Positions 20,004-29,770 of a stretch of DNA of 64,000 bases are shown piece by piece. Location of the stretch: positions 74,863 to 138,862 of the IMG/VR virus record IMGVR_UViG_3300035703_000021. One strand, given 5' to 3'. Source of the stretch: a virus. The notes beneath the pieces were generated by a model. It did no database searches and had not been told where the DNA came from. It saw only the letters and a program-made list of their open reading frames with translations. Positions within the stretch are counted from its first letter, which is position 1. The number at the start of each line of letters is the position of its first letter. A program made the position numbers and the translations under genes.

Positions 20004-21857
20004 TTATTCTGGGTATTGGATAATGACAATTCCTGGCCCACCGGTCCCTCCAAATAGCCCCGGAGCACCGCATCCACCTCCTCCTCCGGTGTTTGCCTGT
20101 GCCTGAGTGGGACTCAACGGTCTACCAGCACCACCACCTCCAGCCAATGGTGCAGGGCCTGCGGGCCAACCACCTCCACCACCAGCAAAATATCTTTGCC
20201 CAGCTACAGGCCCGGGCGTTCCGTACGCGGGCGGAGATATAACCGAGTACCATCCAGTACCTCCTACTAATGGACCACCGGGGCTTCCGCCAGCACCTCC
20301 GCCTGCGCCTCCGCTAACAGCTGCCGGGAATCCCACTGGTCCACCATTATTGCCTTGAGTGCCCAAGCTATCCGGCGAAGTCGGTGTTGCAGAACCGTTG
20401 CCACTACCGCCGGGAATGGCAGGCTTAGCGCCTCCGCCGCCTGAACCACCAGATCCGCCGGTGACTACAGTAGCAGTAGGACCTGCATTGGCCCCTCCAC
20501 CACCACCGTAAGCGATAATTTGCGTAGGGCCTGGGGCACCGATAGTTGTTGGAGTGCCCGCAGCAGCCGTTCCTCCGGCAGTTCCACCAGGATTTCCTCC
20601 GGAGCCTATAGAAATTGGATAAGGCCCGGCGCCCACGGGCATCTGCTCTCCAACTCGGACGGAGTACCCGGGGTTCCAAGGATGTGAATTGGTCGGTACG
20701 GCAGTGGTGGTATCAGAAGCTTGAATAGAAGTCACAAATCCACCGCCGCCACCACCACCACCAATTCCAGGTCCTACTCCTCCTCCTCCTGCTCCACCTC
20801 CTCCCACGGCGAGGTAATCAATCCACTGAAGGGTCGGGTCCGTAATCGTGAAAGTTCCTGGCGCGGTGAAGATGTGCCTCCAGACTCCGGGATGGTTGGG
20901 GTCTGTGCTTGGTTCAATGATTCCTCCCGTCGCTCTCTGGTAGGGCGCCACTTTTTTATATCTTATACAGACAATCCCTGAGCCGCCAGTAAACCCAGTG
21001 TTTGATCCACCGTATCCGCTGTTAGCCGGTGACGTTCTAGATGCAGGTGCTGGAGTCGGGAATCCCCATCCACCAGCAGAGTAACCACCGGAAGAGACCA
21101 ACGGATTCCATCCGGGTAGAACGCCTGGGGAAATCGCTTTGCTGACGATGCTTGCCGGGAAGTTGGGATCGATTCTTCCGGGCCCTCCCGCACCTCCCAG
21201 GCCAATTACACCGACCGTGCCAGCTCCACCAGCACCACCACCACCACCACCGGCATACGAGGAGGTTGGTACGAAGGCCGCTCCAGAAGCTCCATCGTAT
21301 CCCTGCCTAGGTATTGTTGGGACCGGCCAGTTACCAAGGCCCCCTCCAAATGCTCCACCACCACCTCCTCCACTACCACCGCCGGTAGCTCCTATACCAG
21401 GTTGTGTTCCTCCTCTACCCCCGCCTGTTGCAGTTATAGAGAAAGCCGAGGAAGGGCTTCCAGAAACTCCCGAACCACCTCCTCCTCCGACAACTATCGG
21501 ATAGGATCCTGGAGAGTTTGATACCACTATGTTCCCGAATAAAAACCCCCCTCCACCTCCTCCACCTCCGGAGGAAGTGTTATATCTGCCTCCACCCCCG
21601 GCAGCGATCATGTAATCGACGCTATCAATCGCAGCCGGAGGCCTGTTGACTAGAAAAGTCCCGTCGCCGGTAAATATATGATAGATATACCCGTCGTTCC
21701 CATCGACAATAGTACCCCCGGTGGCGTAATTGCCCAGACCGGGAGCGTTCTCCGAGGTGTAGAATTCCCGGCTCTTTCCGCTGGCATTGTACCTGGTGGC
21801 GGGGGATCCTGGCGCCCAGTTCTTTGAGCCCGGAGAGTTTACGCTCTTTCCTGCCAT
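20004..21857 (-). CDS. Glycine-rich fibre/receptor-binding protein with two tandem Gly-rich domains
   Basis: Two copies of ATGG..HIFT..GTF...DY...GGGG...GGGGGGG...GG.GIV.I.Y. Confidence 0.75.
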   Translation of the reverse strand: MAGKSVNSPGSKNWAPGSPATRYNASGKSREFYTSENAPGLGNYATGGTIVDGNDGYIYHIFTGDGTFLVNRPPAAIDSVDYMIAAGGGGRYNTSSGGGGGGGGFLFGNIVVSNSPGSYPIVVGGGGGSGVSGSPSSAFSITATGGGRGGTQPGIGATGGGSGGGGGGAFGGGLGNWPVPTIPRQGYDGASGAAFVPTSSYAGGGGGGAGGAGTVGVIGLGGAGGPGRIDPNFPASIVSKAISPGVLPGWNPLVSSGGYSAGGWGFPTPAPASRTSPANSGYGGSNTGFTGGSGIVCIRYKKVAPYQRATGGIIEPSTDPNHPGVWRHIFTAPGTFTITDPTLQWIDYLAVGGGGAGGGGVGPGIGGGGGGGGFVTSIQASDTTTAVPTNSHPWNPGYSVRVGEQMPVGAGPYPISIGSGGNPGGTAGGTAAAGTPTTIGAPGPTQIIAYGGGGGANAGPTATVVTGGSGGSGGGGAKPAIPGGSGNGSATPTSPDSLGTQGNNGGPVGFPAAVSGGAGGGAGGSPGGPLVGGTGWYSVISPPAYGTPGPVAGQRYFAGGGGGWPAGPAPLAGGGGAGRPLSPTQAQANTGGGGGCGAPGLFGGTGGPGIVIIQYPE

Positions 21858-21862
21858 GTCTC

Positions 21863-22234
21863 TTACGCCTCCTTGTCCCCGAGTACCAGGACTGTTAGGT
21901 CGTCGGCGGTGTCACCGGACCCCGCGTTGTTCTTGACAAATATAGCGTCGTTCGTGGCGGATATCACTATGGGAAATGGCAGTTCGAAGAAGTAGGTGTC
22001 CAGTGGCTGGAGGGAGAGCTTCGCGACTCTATTGGATGCGGTGACCGTGCCGAGGGACCCAGCGCTATTCTGGACGACGTGTATATCCACCACGACCGAG
22101 TTCACCGTGGCCTGCGAGTGAACAAGGATGCCGCGAATGTACGACTTTGTATTACTAGCGACTGAGTACACGGCAGTGGTGGTATTATTCTCCACCACTA
22201 CTGGGAAACCCAGTCCAACTTTCTGTAGTGCCAT
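21863..22234 (-). CDS. Small beta-sandwich virion protein (putative fibre adaptor, paralogue 2)
   Basis: VYSVASNTKSYIRGILVHS...FPIVISATNDAIFV pattern similar to 27515-27847. Confidence 0.6.
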   Translation of the reverse strand: MALQKVGLGFPVVVENNTTTAVYSVASNTKSYIRGILVHSQATVNSVVVDIHVVQNSAGSLGTVTASNRVAKLSLQPLDTYFFELPFPIVISATNDAIFVKNNAGSGDTADDLTVLVLGDKEA

Positions 22235-22282
22235 AGTTTAAGTCTGGTCGTGTGTCAATACTTTTTATACCCTTAAACCCAT

Positions 22283-25200
22283 TTAGCCGAATAGCATCAC
22301 TTCGATAGCGTCGACTCCGCCGCCGCCGCCAGCCGCTGCCCAGGACAACACTCCGGATCCGTTTGTGACTAGCGCTTGGCCGTTAGTCCCGTCCGCGCTA
22401 GGCAGAGTCCACACCGTATTAGCCGTTAGAGACGTTGGAGCTTTGAACCCGACGTAATTCGTTCCGTTATTAACATCCTCAAGAATCCTGATCTCTCCGG
22501 AGTTTGTTATTCTGAGCCTCTCCCCCGCGCCTCCGTAGCCGGTGACTATGAAATCATTTGAGGAGATGGTGAAGTTGTTGTTTGGCGCGCCCGCAACCTG
22601 CATCAGCATACCTGATCCGCCAGGACCAAGGCTGAAGTTCCCGCTGTTTAAGTACAGTGAGTTGGTGCTCTTCACCCATATAGATTCAGTGTACGTCCAT
22701 CCGCCTGTTACCTCGAGCCTCCCGGACGGACTTGTGGTACCAATGCCAACATTTTGAGAAGTATCGATCCTTAATGCTTCTGTGGATAAAGTTCCAAGAA
22801 CTAGAGGCGATCCGCCATTAGTATAAATAACTCCAATCGCGGTATTTTGAAATGCAAGAGTTCCTGCATCGGCATAGGGAATAGAACCGAAGAGAGTTCC
22901 AGCAGTACTAGTTCCGTACTTTAGAATTCCGGTACCCTTATACGATGGTGTTGAAAAATAATCCTGGTCTGCCGCCCAAACCGATGATGGGCTAGTATTT
23001 CCAACATTTCTTGCCTGAATTATCGCGCCGCCGTAGTTTACATCTAAACCAGAATTCGCAGTTCCACTGAATGGGTTAGTAGTGCCAACGCCAACATTGC
23101 CGCTAAAAAAGCCATTTCTTACGTCAATATCCCCTACCGTCCCGGAGTACACCTCACCGGACTGACTGGACTGCGGGATGAACGTAAATCTCCCAGTGGA
23201 CTGATCAAGACCAAAGAAGCCACTCTTAGACTTTACGGTGGTCCCCAGCGTTGTCGTGTACGTTCCGGCCGTCACGGTCGAAGTGACCACAAAGGTGAAC
23301 GTTGTTCCCGTAGGCACCGACGCAATAGCCCACGTACCGTTGAGCTTGGTCTGCTCCGTTCCTGTCGCTCCGGAGATAGTGATGATATCTCCGACGGCGT
23401 AACCCGACGTAGAGGCCACCGTGCCAGTCACAGTTGTCGTTCCGTTGCCGATGTAGTTTGTTATTGTGAGCGCGGTGCCATTCCACTTGAACTCCACGCC
23501 CCTGTCCTTGGTCACCTCGGCGACGGAGGTATCGCCTCCGAGGGTGATGATAGGATCATCGATTGTCAGAGTCGTGGAATTAACCGTGGTTGTAGTGCCG
23601 TTGACGGTCAGGTTTCCGGTAATGGATACGTTGTTTCTGATCGTCGTGGTCCCTGACGTGGCCCCTAGAGTTAGGGCGGTAGAGGCCCCAAAAGCATTAA
23701 TTGTGGTAGCTGTGGTGTTAAATACGTTAAACGAGGCGCTGCCAGTAGTAACAGAGGTGGTAAAAGACGGGGATGTGCCGAATACTAGCACTCCGGATCC
23801 CGTCTCATCGGAGATAACGCCAGCGAGTTGCGCTGACGTTGTCGCCGCGAATTGCGCGAGGGTTCCACTTGTCAGTCCCAGGCCCGTTGTGGGGTGTACG
23901 TGGTCCTGGCGGGAGTAGCGTAGGCTCGTTCCAACAGCCGCGGTCCCTAGAGCCAGAGGGTTGGTAGCGCTGGCCTGCCCCACGACAAACTCCGTGGTGG
24001 CGATCTGAGTCGTGTTGGTGTCCACCGCCGCTGTGGTGGAGATAGGAGTCCCTGTCAGAGTGGGTGACGCCGACATCACGACATTGCCGCTTCCCGTGAT
24101 GGCGTTACTGACTAGGTTGTCGTTAGCGTCAGTGAATACGGCCTGGGAGGCGGTAAGCCCTGTAATACGAACCGATCCACCAAAGAGCGAGACACCCGTA
24201 TTAACGTAAAGCGAGTAGGCATTCGTGAGAGTGACGTTGGTACCGGCGGTCGGAGCTCCGTCGATGTAAACAGTGGAGGCGTTAGTGTACGTAACCGAGG
24301 TATTAGTCGCCGCGATGGAGGGATTATCGAAGGCTACAATAGCGCCGTGGGTGGCGGTGCCCGACGCCGCTGTTGTTGAGTCGGTGTAGGTACCCGTTCC
24401 GGTGTACAGTTTGGCGGGAGCGGTTACTGTGAGCGCTGAGCCACTCGCCGCTTGGCTACCAAACGTACTCAGCCCATTGGAGGCAACGCTAACACGCTGT
24501 ACACCGTTAGTATTAACAGCTACCTCATTAGCCCCAGTCGCAGTTAGGTTAAGAGCCCCCGAGGTGGCGGTCAGTGTCACGGCTCCCGTGCCGGTAATGT
24601 TCCCCACGGACGTTAGCGATCCGGTGACGTTTGCCGAGCCGTTGAAGTTCTGGCCCCACAGAGTCCGGGTCGTGGAGAGAGTAGCAGCGCTGCCGTCAAT
24701 GCTCGTGATGCCGGTCAGTGCTAAGGAACCGCTGGCTCTGTTGATCGCCACCGCTGTGGTGCCGATGTGCATCGTCTGGTTATTAACGGCCAGAGTACCC
24801 GATGTGGGTAGAGTTACGTCCGTCAGCCCTGTCGTTGTGAGAGTCAGGCCAAAATTACCGCTCGTTGTGAAGCTATTCGCCAGGCTTATATTCCCGCTCA
24901 ACGTGATGCTTCTATTTGCGTCGTTTACATCTACGCTGAGAGTTCTAGAAGCGGTCAGATCGTCGGAGTTCGTTATCTCCAGGTAGTGAGAGGTGTTAGC
25001 GTCGTCTTTGAGATATATATTGCCAAAGTAACCGGATTGCTCCGAAGAGGTACTTGCCGACAGAAAGTCGCCACTAGTCCCAGATCCTGAGATCCTGCTC
25101 ACCCAGGATAAGGTGCCATTGCCGTCAGTACCTAGAACCTGATCGGGATCCCCGTCGTTTGGAGGCAGGATTAGAGTTACGTCAGCCGCCAGACTCGATG

Positions 25201-25468
25201 GGGCCTTTATAGCGATGTAGTTAGTACCGTTGGCGGAAGCTTCGTAGTATCTTGTTGCCGACTGATTCTGTAGCGAGATATCGCTGGTGAACGTTGTCGT
25301 GGAGGAAGACGCTCCGATCTCCACGATCGAGATCGTTCCACCGGCGTCCTTCTTCGTAAAAAGCCGGCCGTCGTAGGTATTAACAGCGAGCTCCCCAAGC
25401 TGCAGGTCCCCAACCGCTGGGACCTTTCCCTGCACAGCGGACCTCTTGATTTTGAACGTATTTGCCAT
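22283..25468 (-). CDS. Long tail fibre protein (1061 aa)
   Basis: MANTFKIKRS..GELAVNTYDG N-terminal module; T/G/S-rich; GNLTVNGTTTTVNST, GNVGVGTTNP, NVGIGTTSP, SDETGSG fibre repeats. Confidence 0.85.
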   Translation of the reverse strand: MANTFKIKRSAVQGKVPAVGDLQLGELAVNTYDGRLFTKKDAGGTISIVEIGASSSTTTFTSDISLQNQSATRYYEASANGTNYIAIKAPSSLAADVTLILPPNDGDPDQVLGTDGNGTLSWVSRISGSGTSGDFLSASTSSEQSGYFGNIYLKDDANTSHYLEITNSDDLTASRTLSVDVNDANRSITLSGNISLANSFTTSGNFGLTLTTTGLTDVTLPTSGTLAVNNQTMHIGTTAVAINRASGSLALTGITSIDGSAATLSTTRTLWGQNFNGSANVTGSLTSVGNITGTGAVTLTATSGALNLTATGANEVAVNTNGVQRVSVASNGLSTFGSQAASGSALTVTAPAKLYTGTGTYTDSTTAASGTATHGAIVAFDNPSIAATNTSVTYTNASTVYIDGAPTAGTNVTLTNAYSLYVNTGVSLFGGSVRITGLTASQAVFTDANDNLVSNAITGSGNVVMSASPTLTGTPISTTAAVDTNTTQIATTEFVVGQASATNPLALGTAAVGTSLRYSRQDHVHPTTGLGLTSGTLAQFAATTSAQLAGVISDETGSGVLVFGTSPSFTTSVTTGSASFNVFNTTATTINAFGASTALTLGATSGTTTIRNNVSITGNLTVNGTTTTVNSTTLTIDDPIITLGGDTSVAEVTKDRGVEFKWNGTALTITNYIGNGTTTVTGTVASTSGYAVGDIITISGATGTEQTKLNGTWAIASVPTGTTFTFVVTSTVTAGTYTTTLGTTVKSKSGFFGLDQSTGRFTFIPQSSQSGEVYSGTVGDIDVRNGFFSGNVGVGTTNPFSGTANSGLDVNYGGAIIQARNVGNTSPSSVWAADQDYFSTPSYKGTGILKYGTSTAGTLFGSIPYADAGTLAFQNTAIGVIYTNGGSPLVLGTLSTEALRIDTSQNVGIGTTSPSGRLEVTGGWTYTESIWVKSTNSLYLNSGNFSLGPGGSGMLMQVAGAPNNNFTISSNDFIVTGYGGAGERLRITNSGEIRILEDVNNGTNYVGFKAPTSLTANTVWTLPSADGTNGQALVTNGSGVLSWAAAGGGGGVDAIEVMLFG

Positions 25469-25503
25469 CTGGCGCCCTAGTAGATGCTATTTAGCAGGAG
25501 ATT

Positions 25504-25521
25504 GACCCTTATATAAGGGTC
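25504..25521. repeat. Perfect 18-bp palindrome GACCCTTATATAAGGGTC in the fibre-gene leader
   Basis: Read directly from sequence. Confidence 0.85.
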
Positions 25522-25562
25522 TCATGTACCTACTTTAAACTGAACGCCTCCGCTCAATAGGG

Positions 25563-27137
25563 TCAGAATGTTCCGCCGTCAAAGGTGATATTATCGATGG
25601 TGCCGCCAGTGATGTTAACGTTGCTGGCGTCCTGAGTTGAAATCGTTCCCAGTCCCAGTGTAGTTCTACCAGCAGCCGCGTCGGCGTCGTCGATCAGAGA
25701 GCGGCCGAATGCGGTGAGAGTCGTAAGTGAAGCGGCGCTAGCACCGGTGTAGTAAGCCAGTCTGTCAGCAGCCGGAGTTAGACCACCAACGGTCGATAGT
25801 GCGGCCGTCAGAGCGATCGTGGGATTACCAGCGACACCATCGCCATTAGTTACAGAGCCGCCATTACCGCTGAAAGTAATCGTCCGGGCCGCTACTGTGC
25901 CCGCTCCAGTACGAGTGATAAGTCCATTAGTGGCCAGGTTGTGAAGCGCCAGCGCTTGGCCTGTTAGAGAGACGTCGTCGGCGTTCGAAGCGATACCTGT
26001 ACCAGCTCCGACGTTTAGAGTGTTGCCGGATTTAGTAAGACCACTTCCTGCGGTGATCTGACCTGCTCCGGAGAATTGGGCAAAGGCCAGAGAACTGGGG
26101 CTTGTTGCTCCGCCGATCGTGATGGGATTATTGGTAGTCAGTACCCAGCCGGAGTCAGCGTTGGTAGTACCCTCTTCCACGAAGGTGAATGCACCCGCTG
26201 TTACTTCAGCGTCTGAGTCGAAATCCGTAGCTCTATCCCAGACACCGTTTGCGCCGGTGCCCAAAGTCGTTACCACCCAGATACCGTTCTGGACATCCGT
26301 GGCCCCGGACTGATCCTTGAGCAGGATTCTGTCGCCGGCTGCCAGGTTCACTCCGTCCAGGACGTTAGGAGCGGCAGTGATCTGGCCTCTGGCGGATGTT
26401 CCTCCAGTTGCGTTGTATGTAACGGTTATGTTCCCAGCAGACGCCACTCGAACCGACTGCTTAACGTCAAGCCCGGATCTAGCCGCGTCAACGTAAGCCT
26501 TATTTGCCGCGTCGGTATCTGCTGTTGGAGTAGCCAGGTTTGTGATCTTCTGGCTGTTCAGCGACACCGCGGCGGTGGGGGCCGCCATCTGATCCAGACG
26601 ACTTGTTCTTACCTGCGTATCGAAGTCACTAATCTTAGCGGCTGTGAGGGTCGGGATATCGCTCGCGGCCAGGGTGGTGCCCGATGTAACCAGGCCTTTG
26701 CTATTGATCGTTACCTTGGTGAACGTACCGGCGGTCGCAACGTCACTCTTAAGAGTTACCGTGATCGCGGTCGTACCCGAACCGGTGGCGTCACCGCTCA
26801 GGGTGATCGTCTGGTTCCCAGTCAAGTAATTCTGGTTCTTTACGAAGGCGGTCGAAGCTGCCTTTGTGCTGTTATCCGAAGTCGCCTGGGTGGGAACGAC
26901 AATGTCACCCGAAAAAGTCTTGTTACCGGATATGGTCTGGGCGGTGCTTAGAGTCGCGAACGCTCCGGGACCTCCGATAGTCAGTATGGATCCAGCAGTG
27001 CCTCCAGCACCTCCAGTACCTTTACCATAGTAAAGTACGTCATCTACTTCGTTAAAGGCCAATTCCGCATTGGCCAGTGAGCTAGGCGCGCCAGTAGCCC
27101 CGGAGGTTCTGCGTTTAATTCTGATGGTATTGGCCAT
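25563..27137 (-). CDS. Tail fibre protein (524 aa)
   Basis: MANTIRIKR..ELAFN; KITNLATPTADTDAANKAYVD; GLDVKQSVRVA..DRILLKDQ..NGIW..W.RATD domain; ends DGGTF. Confidence 0.8.
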   Translation of the reverse strand: MANTIRIKRRTSGATGAPSSLANAELAFNEVDDVLYYGKGTGGAGGTAGSILTIGGPGAFATLSTAQTISGNKTFSGDIVVPTQATSDNSTKAASTAFVKNQNYLTGNQTITLSGDATGSGTTAITVTLKSDVATAGTFTKVTINSKGLVTSGTTLAASDIPTLTAAKISDFDTQVRTSRLDQMAAPTAAVSLNSQKITNLATPTADTDAANKAYVDAARSGLDVKQSVRVASAGNITVTYNATGGTSARGQITAAPNVLDGVNLAAGDRILLKDQSGATDVQNGIWVVTTLGTGANGVWDRATDFDSDAEVTAGAFTFVEEGTTNADSGWVLTTNNPITIGGATSPSSLAFAQFSGAGQITAGSGLTKSGNTLNVGAGTGIASNADDVSLTGQALALHNLATNGLITRTGAGTVAARTITFSGNGGSVTNGDGVAGNPTIALTAALSTVGGLTPAADRLAYYTGASAASLTTLTAFGRSLIDDADAAAGRTTLGLGTISTQDASNVNITGGTIDNITFDGGTF

Positions 27138-27192
27138 TTACTTAGTAATTGGGGGTGAAATGGATCTTCGAATCTTCAAATCTTTCAACTAC

Positions 27193-27498
27193 TCAGAAAT
27201 TGCCACCATCCGTGATAGTGATCACAGTGTTTACATCATTTATAACGTACTTGTTCTGCGTCTGATTAAATACCACAACGCTCTTATCCACTCTAGCGCT
27301 GTCGTCCACATTGGCCAGGCTTCCAAAATCCGGTTTGTTGCCCACATGCCAGACTTCGTTTGAATTGACCTTTAGAGACTCAGCGTTAATATCACCTTTG
27401 ACCTCGACATCACCCACGACCTCGGCGACTTGGGTGTCATTGGTATACCCGGGAATACCAACATTAAGGTTTTTAACTCTTCCAGATAAGTAGTCCAT
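27193..27498 (-). CDS. Small fibre-associated protein
   Basis: YLSGRVKNLNVGI start; ends ITDGGNF. Confidence 0.6.
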   Translation of the reverse strand: MDYLSGRVKNLNVGIPGYTNDTQVAEVVGDVEVKGDINAESLKVNSNEVWHVGNKPDFGSLANVDDSARVDKSVVVFNQTQNKYVINDVNTVITITDGGNF

Positions 27499-27514
27499 CT
27501 ACTGCGTCCTCACA

Positions 27515-27847
27515 TTAATCCAGGGTCTCCAGGATGGAGACGATGAACTTTAGATTCGACCCGTTACTGCCGGATAGGTACAGTTTGTCACCCGACTGCA
27601 GCACCAGCTTCCCGGCCAGTAGATTAACGGTATCTTTGAACGGTACCGGGAAGGTCTTGCAGATCTCCGTATTCACTGCACCTCTATTATGCACCAGAGT
27701 CACATCGTATGATACGCTGGAGCTGATATTTGTTACCTGGGCGAGTAGTATCACAGCTACGTACCCTACGGGAGCGGTGTAGACCAGAGTTGACGAGGTA
27801 GAAACTACCTGGGTGATCGTCTTAAACGAGTTAGTTTTTAATGCCAT
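27515..27847 (-). CDS. Small beta-sandwich virion protein (putative fibre adaptor, paralogue 3)
   Basis: VYTAPVGYVAVILLAQVTN...GKLVLQSGDKL, typical of cyanomyovirus small virion proteins. Confidence 0.7.
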   Translation of the reverse strand: MALKTNSFKTITQVVSTSSTLVYTAPVGYVAVILLAQVTNISSSVSYDVTLVHNRGAVNTEICKTFPVPFKDTVNLLAGKLVLQSGDKLYLSGSNGSNLKFIVSILETLD

Positions 27848-27851
27848 CGGT

Positions 27852-29732
27852 TTACGCTCCTAACGCGAGGATGAATGGTGTTACTGCGGAGAACAGACTT
27901 CTGGAGTACGCGCTTCCGGAGATAAGTCCCAGGGCCTGGTCGATAACCACACCGTCTCCTATCCTGAAGTTACCGGAGTGGTCCGTGCTGGTGTATATCA
28001 CGCTTCCACCGTTTCCCATAGTAATCTCGTTCTCCTGAATCGGCTGCCCACCGTTTCTCGGTAGAGCGGTGTCTATATTCGTTCCCGATCCGACGTACTC
28101 GAAGGAATGACTGGAGGCCAGCAGCCTGGTCTGCTTGTGCAGGTATACGGTGTCGGATACGGAGAGGGCAAACGGAATCTCGTCTCTAAGGGTGATAACG
28201 TAATTACCCTCAGAAACCTCTCTGGATTCTCCGACTAGGAAGTAGGTCGGTGACACCTGCGCAGTGGCTTGCGCTCCGGTACCCGTCGCTGGAGGGTCTA
28301 TAGTGACGGATGGCGGGGATGATGAGTAACCCCTGCCTGAGGAGATAATCTCCACCGCGGTGACCGTTCCGTCCGAGATTTCAGCGATGGCCGTCGCGGT
28401 AATCCCCCAAGACTGCGAGGGAGAGCCCACTGTGACGCTTGGGGCTGAGGTATACCCGCTGCCTCCATTGTCGATGATTATTCTCTCGACCTGATAGTAG
28501 ACGTTGTTGATGTAGATCGCCTGGCCATCGAACGGCCTTGTGCTTTTGACTTTGACTTTACCTCCGGACTGGTAGGTATGGTCGATACTAGACGTACCCA
28601 CCTGCACGATGAACTGCGTGGCGGAGACGGTAGAGCTCACTCTGAACACGTGTCCGTACTGACCGGATGGGAAGATCTGCGAGGAAACCGAGCCTCCTGA
28701 CGAGCAGCTGAAAGTGAGATTACGAAGCTCCGCATCCATCCCAGCCTGTAATCCATGGGCGGTGGAAGTCGTAACAGTTAGCAGTCCTGTGTTCTTATTG
28801 TAAACCGCGGCGGTTACGTCCTTCTCCACGGGTGCAATATTAACAGTCACTGTATTACTGCCCTCGGGCTCAGCGCTCGTAACACTTCCGGTGTACTTTA
28901 AAGCACTAACACCGTCCGCCACGAGACCGTAGTTCCCCATGGAGGAGTTGGAGTTTGTCAGATCGCAGCCTCCGCCACTCAGGCATTCCACAGCCTTATC
29001 GCAGCAGATCGTGAACATCGATACCAGCTGAGCGTATCCCTCATTGAGAATCTGAGCCCCGATTCCTCCCTGATTGTACTGAGTGTAGGAGTCGACAACC
29101 ATGCTCTTTAGCTGGCCAAGGCAGTGAGCTCCGTCAACTCTGAGTCCCGTGGAATTCTTGATAAAGTTGGTGCAGTTCTGGATGTACGGGGACTGATCTA
29201 TGTATGGGGGGTCAAAAGGATTGAACGCGAATATCGCCCCGGGATTGGGGACCGAGGCCACGAACGACATATTCGATATGTAAGAGCCATTGCTTACGTA
29301 GAATAAGTCGGCCTCATTCTGAGGAGATACGCTAACCTCTCTCAGCGAGTCACCGATTATGCTCACCTGCTCGGGTACGCTTAGCGGGTTATTCTCCGAG
29401 TAACTACCGGCTGATACTTTTATCAGAGTACCAGGTGTGGCTATGGCCAAGGCTGATTTGATAGTGGCTTTAGCATTCTGCAGGCTAACGCCGGAATTGG
29501 AGTCATTTCCGTCCTTGGTGACAAAAAGAACGTTTGTTACAGCGGCGTACTTCCACCTCGTTCCGACTCCGGTTGATGATAGGAACTGCCCTGGATTACC
29601 AAAGTTATTTAACCCGTCTCTCAGCCCCTCCGGGACTGAGATATTCCCCTCTTCGTCAAGTATATCTCTGAGATTATCACCAGCGCCGGTGGATAGTCCA
29701 TGGGGCACATTAAATTTCTTTATATTTGCCAT
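27852..29732 (-). CDS. Virion structural protein (cyanomyovirus type)
   Basis: LFVTKDGNDSNSG..AKATIK, SIIGDSLRE, QSPYIQNCT, SMVVDSYTQYNQGG, SHSFEYVGSG, TSTDHSGNFRIG; ends PFILALGA. Confidence 0.75.
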   Translation of the reverse strand: MANIKKFNVPHGLSTGAGDNLRDILDEEGNISVPEGLRDGLNNFGNPGQFLSSTGVGTRWKYAAVTNVLFVTKDGNDSNSGVSLQNAKATIKSALAIATPGTLIKVSAGSYSENNPLSVPEQVSIIGDSLREVSVSPQNEADLFYVSNGSYISNMSFVASVPNPGAIFAFNPFDPPYIDQSPYIQNCTNFIKNSTGLRVDGAHCLGQLKSMVVDSYTQYNQGGIGAQILNEGYAQLVSMFTICCDKAVECLSGGGCDLTNSNSSMGNYGLVADGVSALKYTGSVTSAEPEGSNTVTVNIAPVEKDVTAAVYNKNTGLLTVTTSTAHGLQAGMDAELRNLTFSCSSGGSVSSQIFPSGQYGHVFRVSSTVSATQFIVQVGTSSIDHTYQSGGKVKVKSTRPFDGQAIYINNVYYQVERIIIDNGGSGYTSAPSVTVGSPSQSWGITATAIAEISDGTVTAVEIISSGRGYSSSPPSVTIDPPATGTGAQATAQVSPTYFLVGESREVSEGNYVITLRDEIPFALSVSDTVYLHKQTRLLASSHSFEYVGSGTNIDTALPRNGGQPIQENEITMGNGGSVIYTSTDHSGNFRIGDGVVIDQALGLISGSAYSRSLFSAVTPFILALGA

Positions 29733-29770
29733 GGAGATCGGTAGCTAACTTGGTTCCTCGATATGAACCT

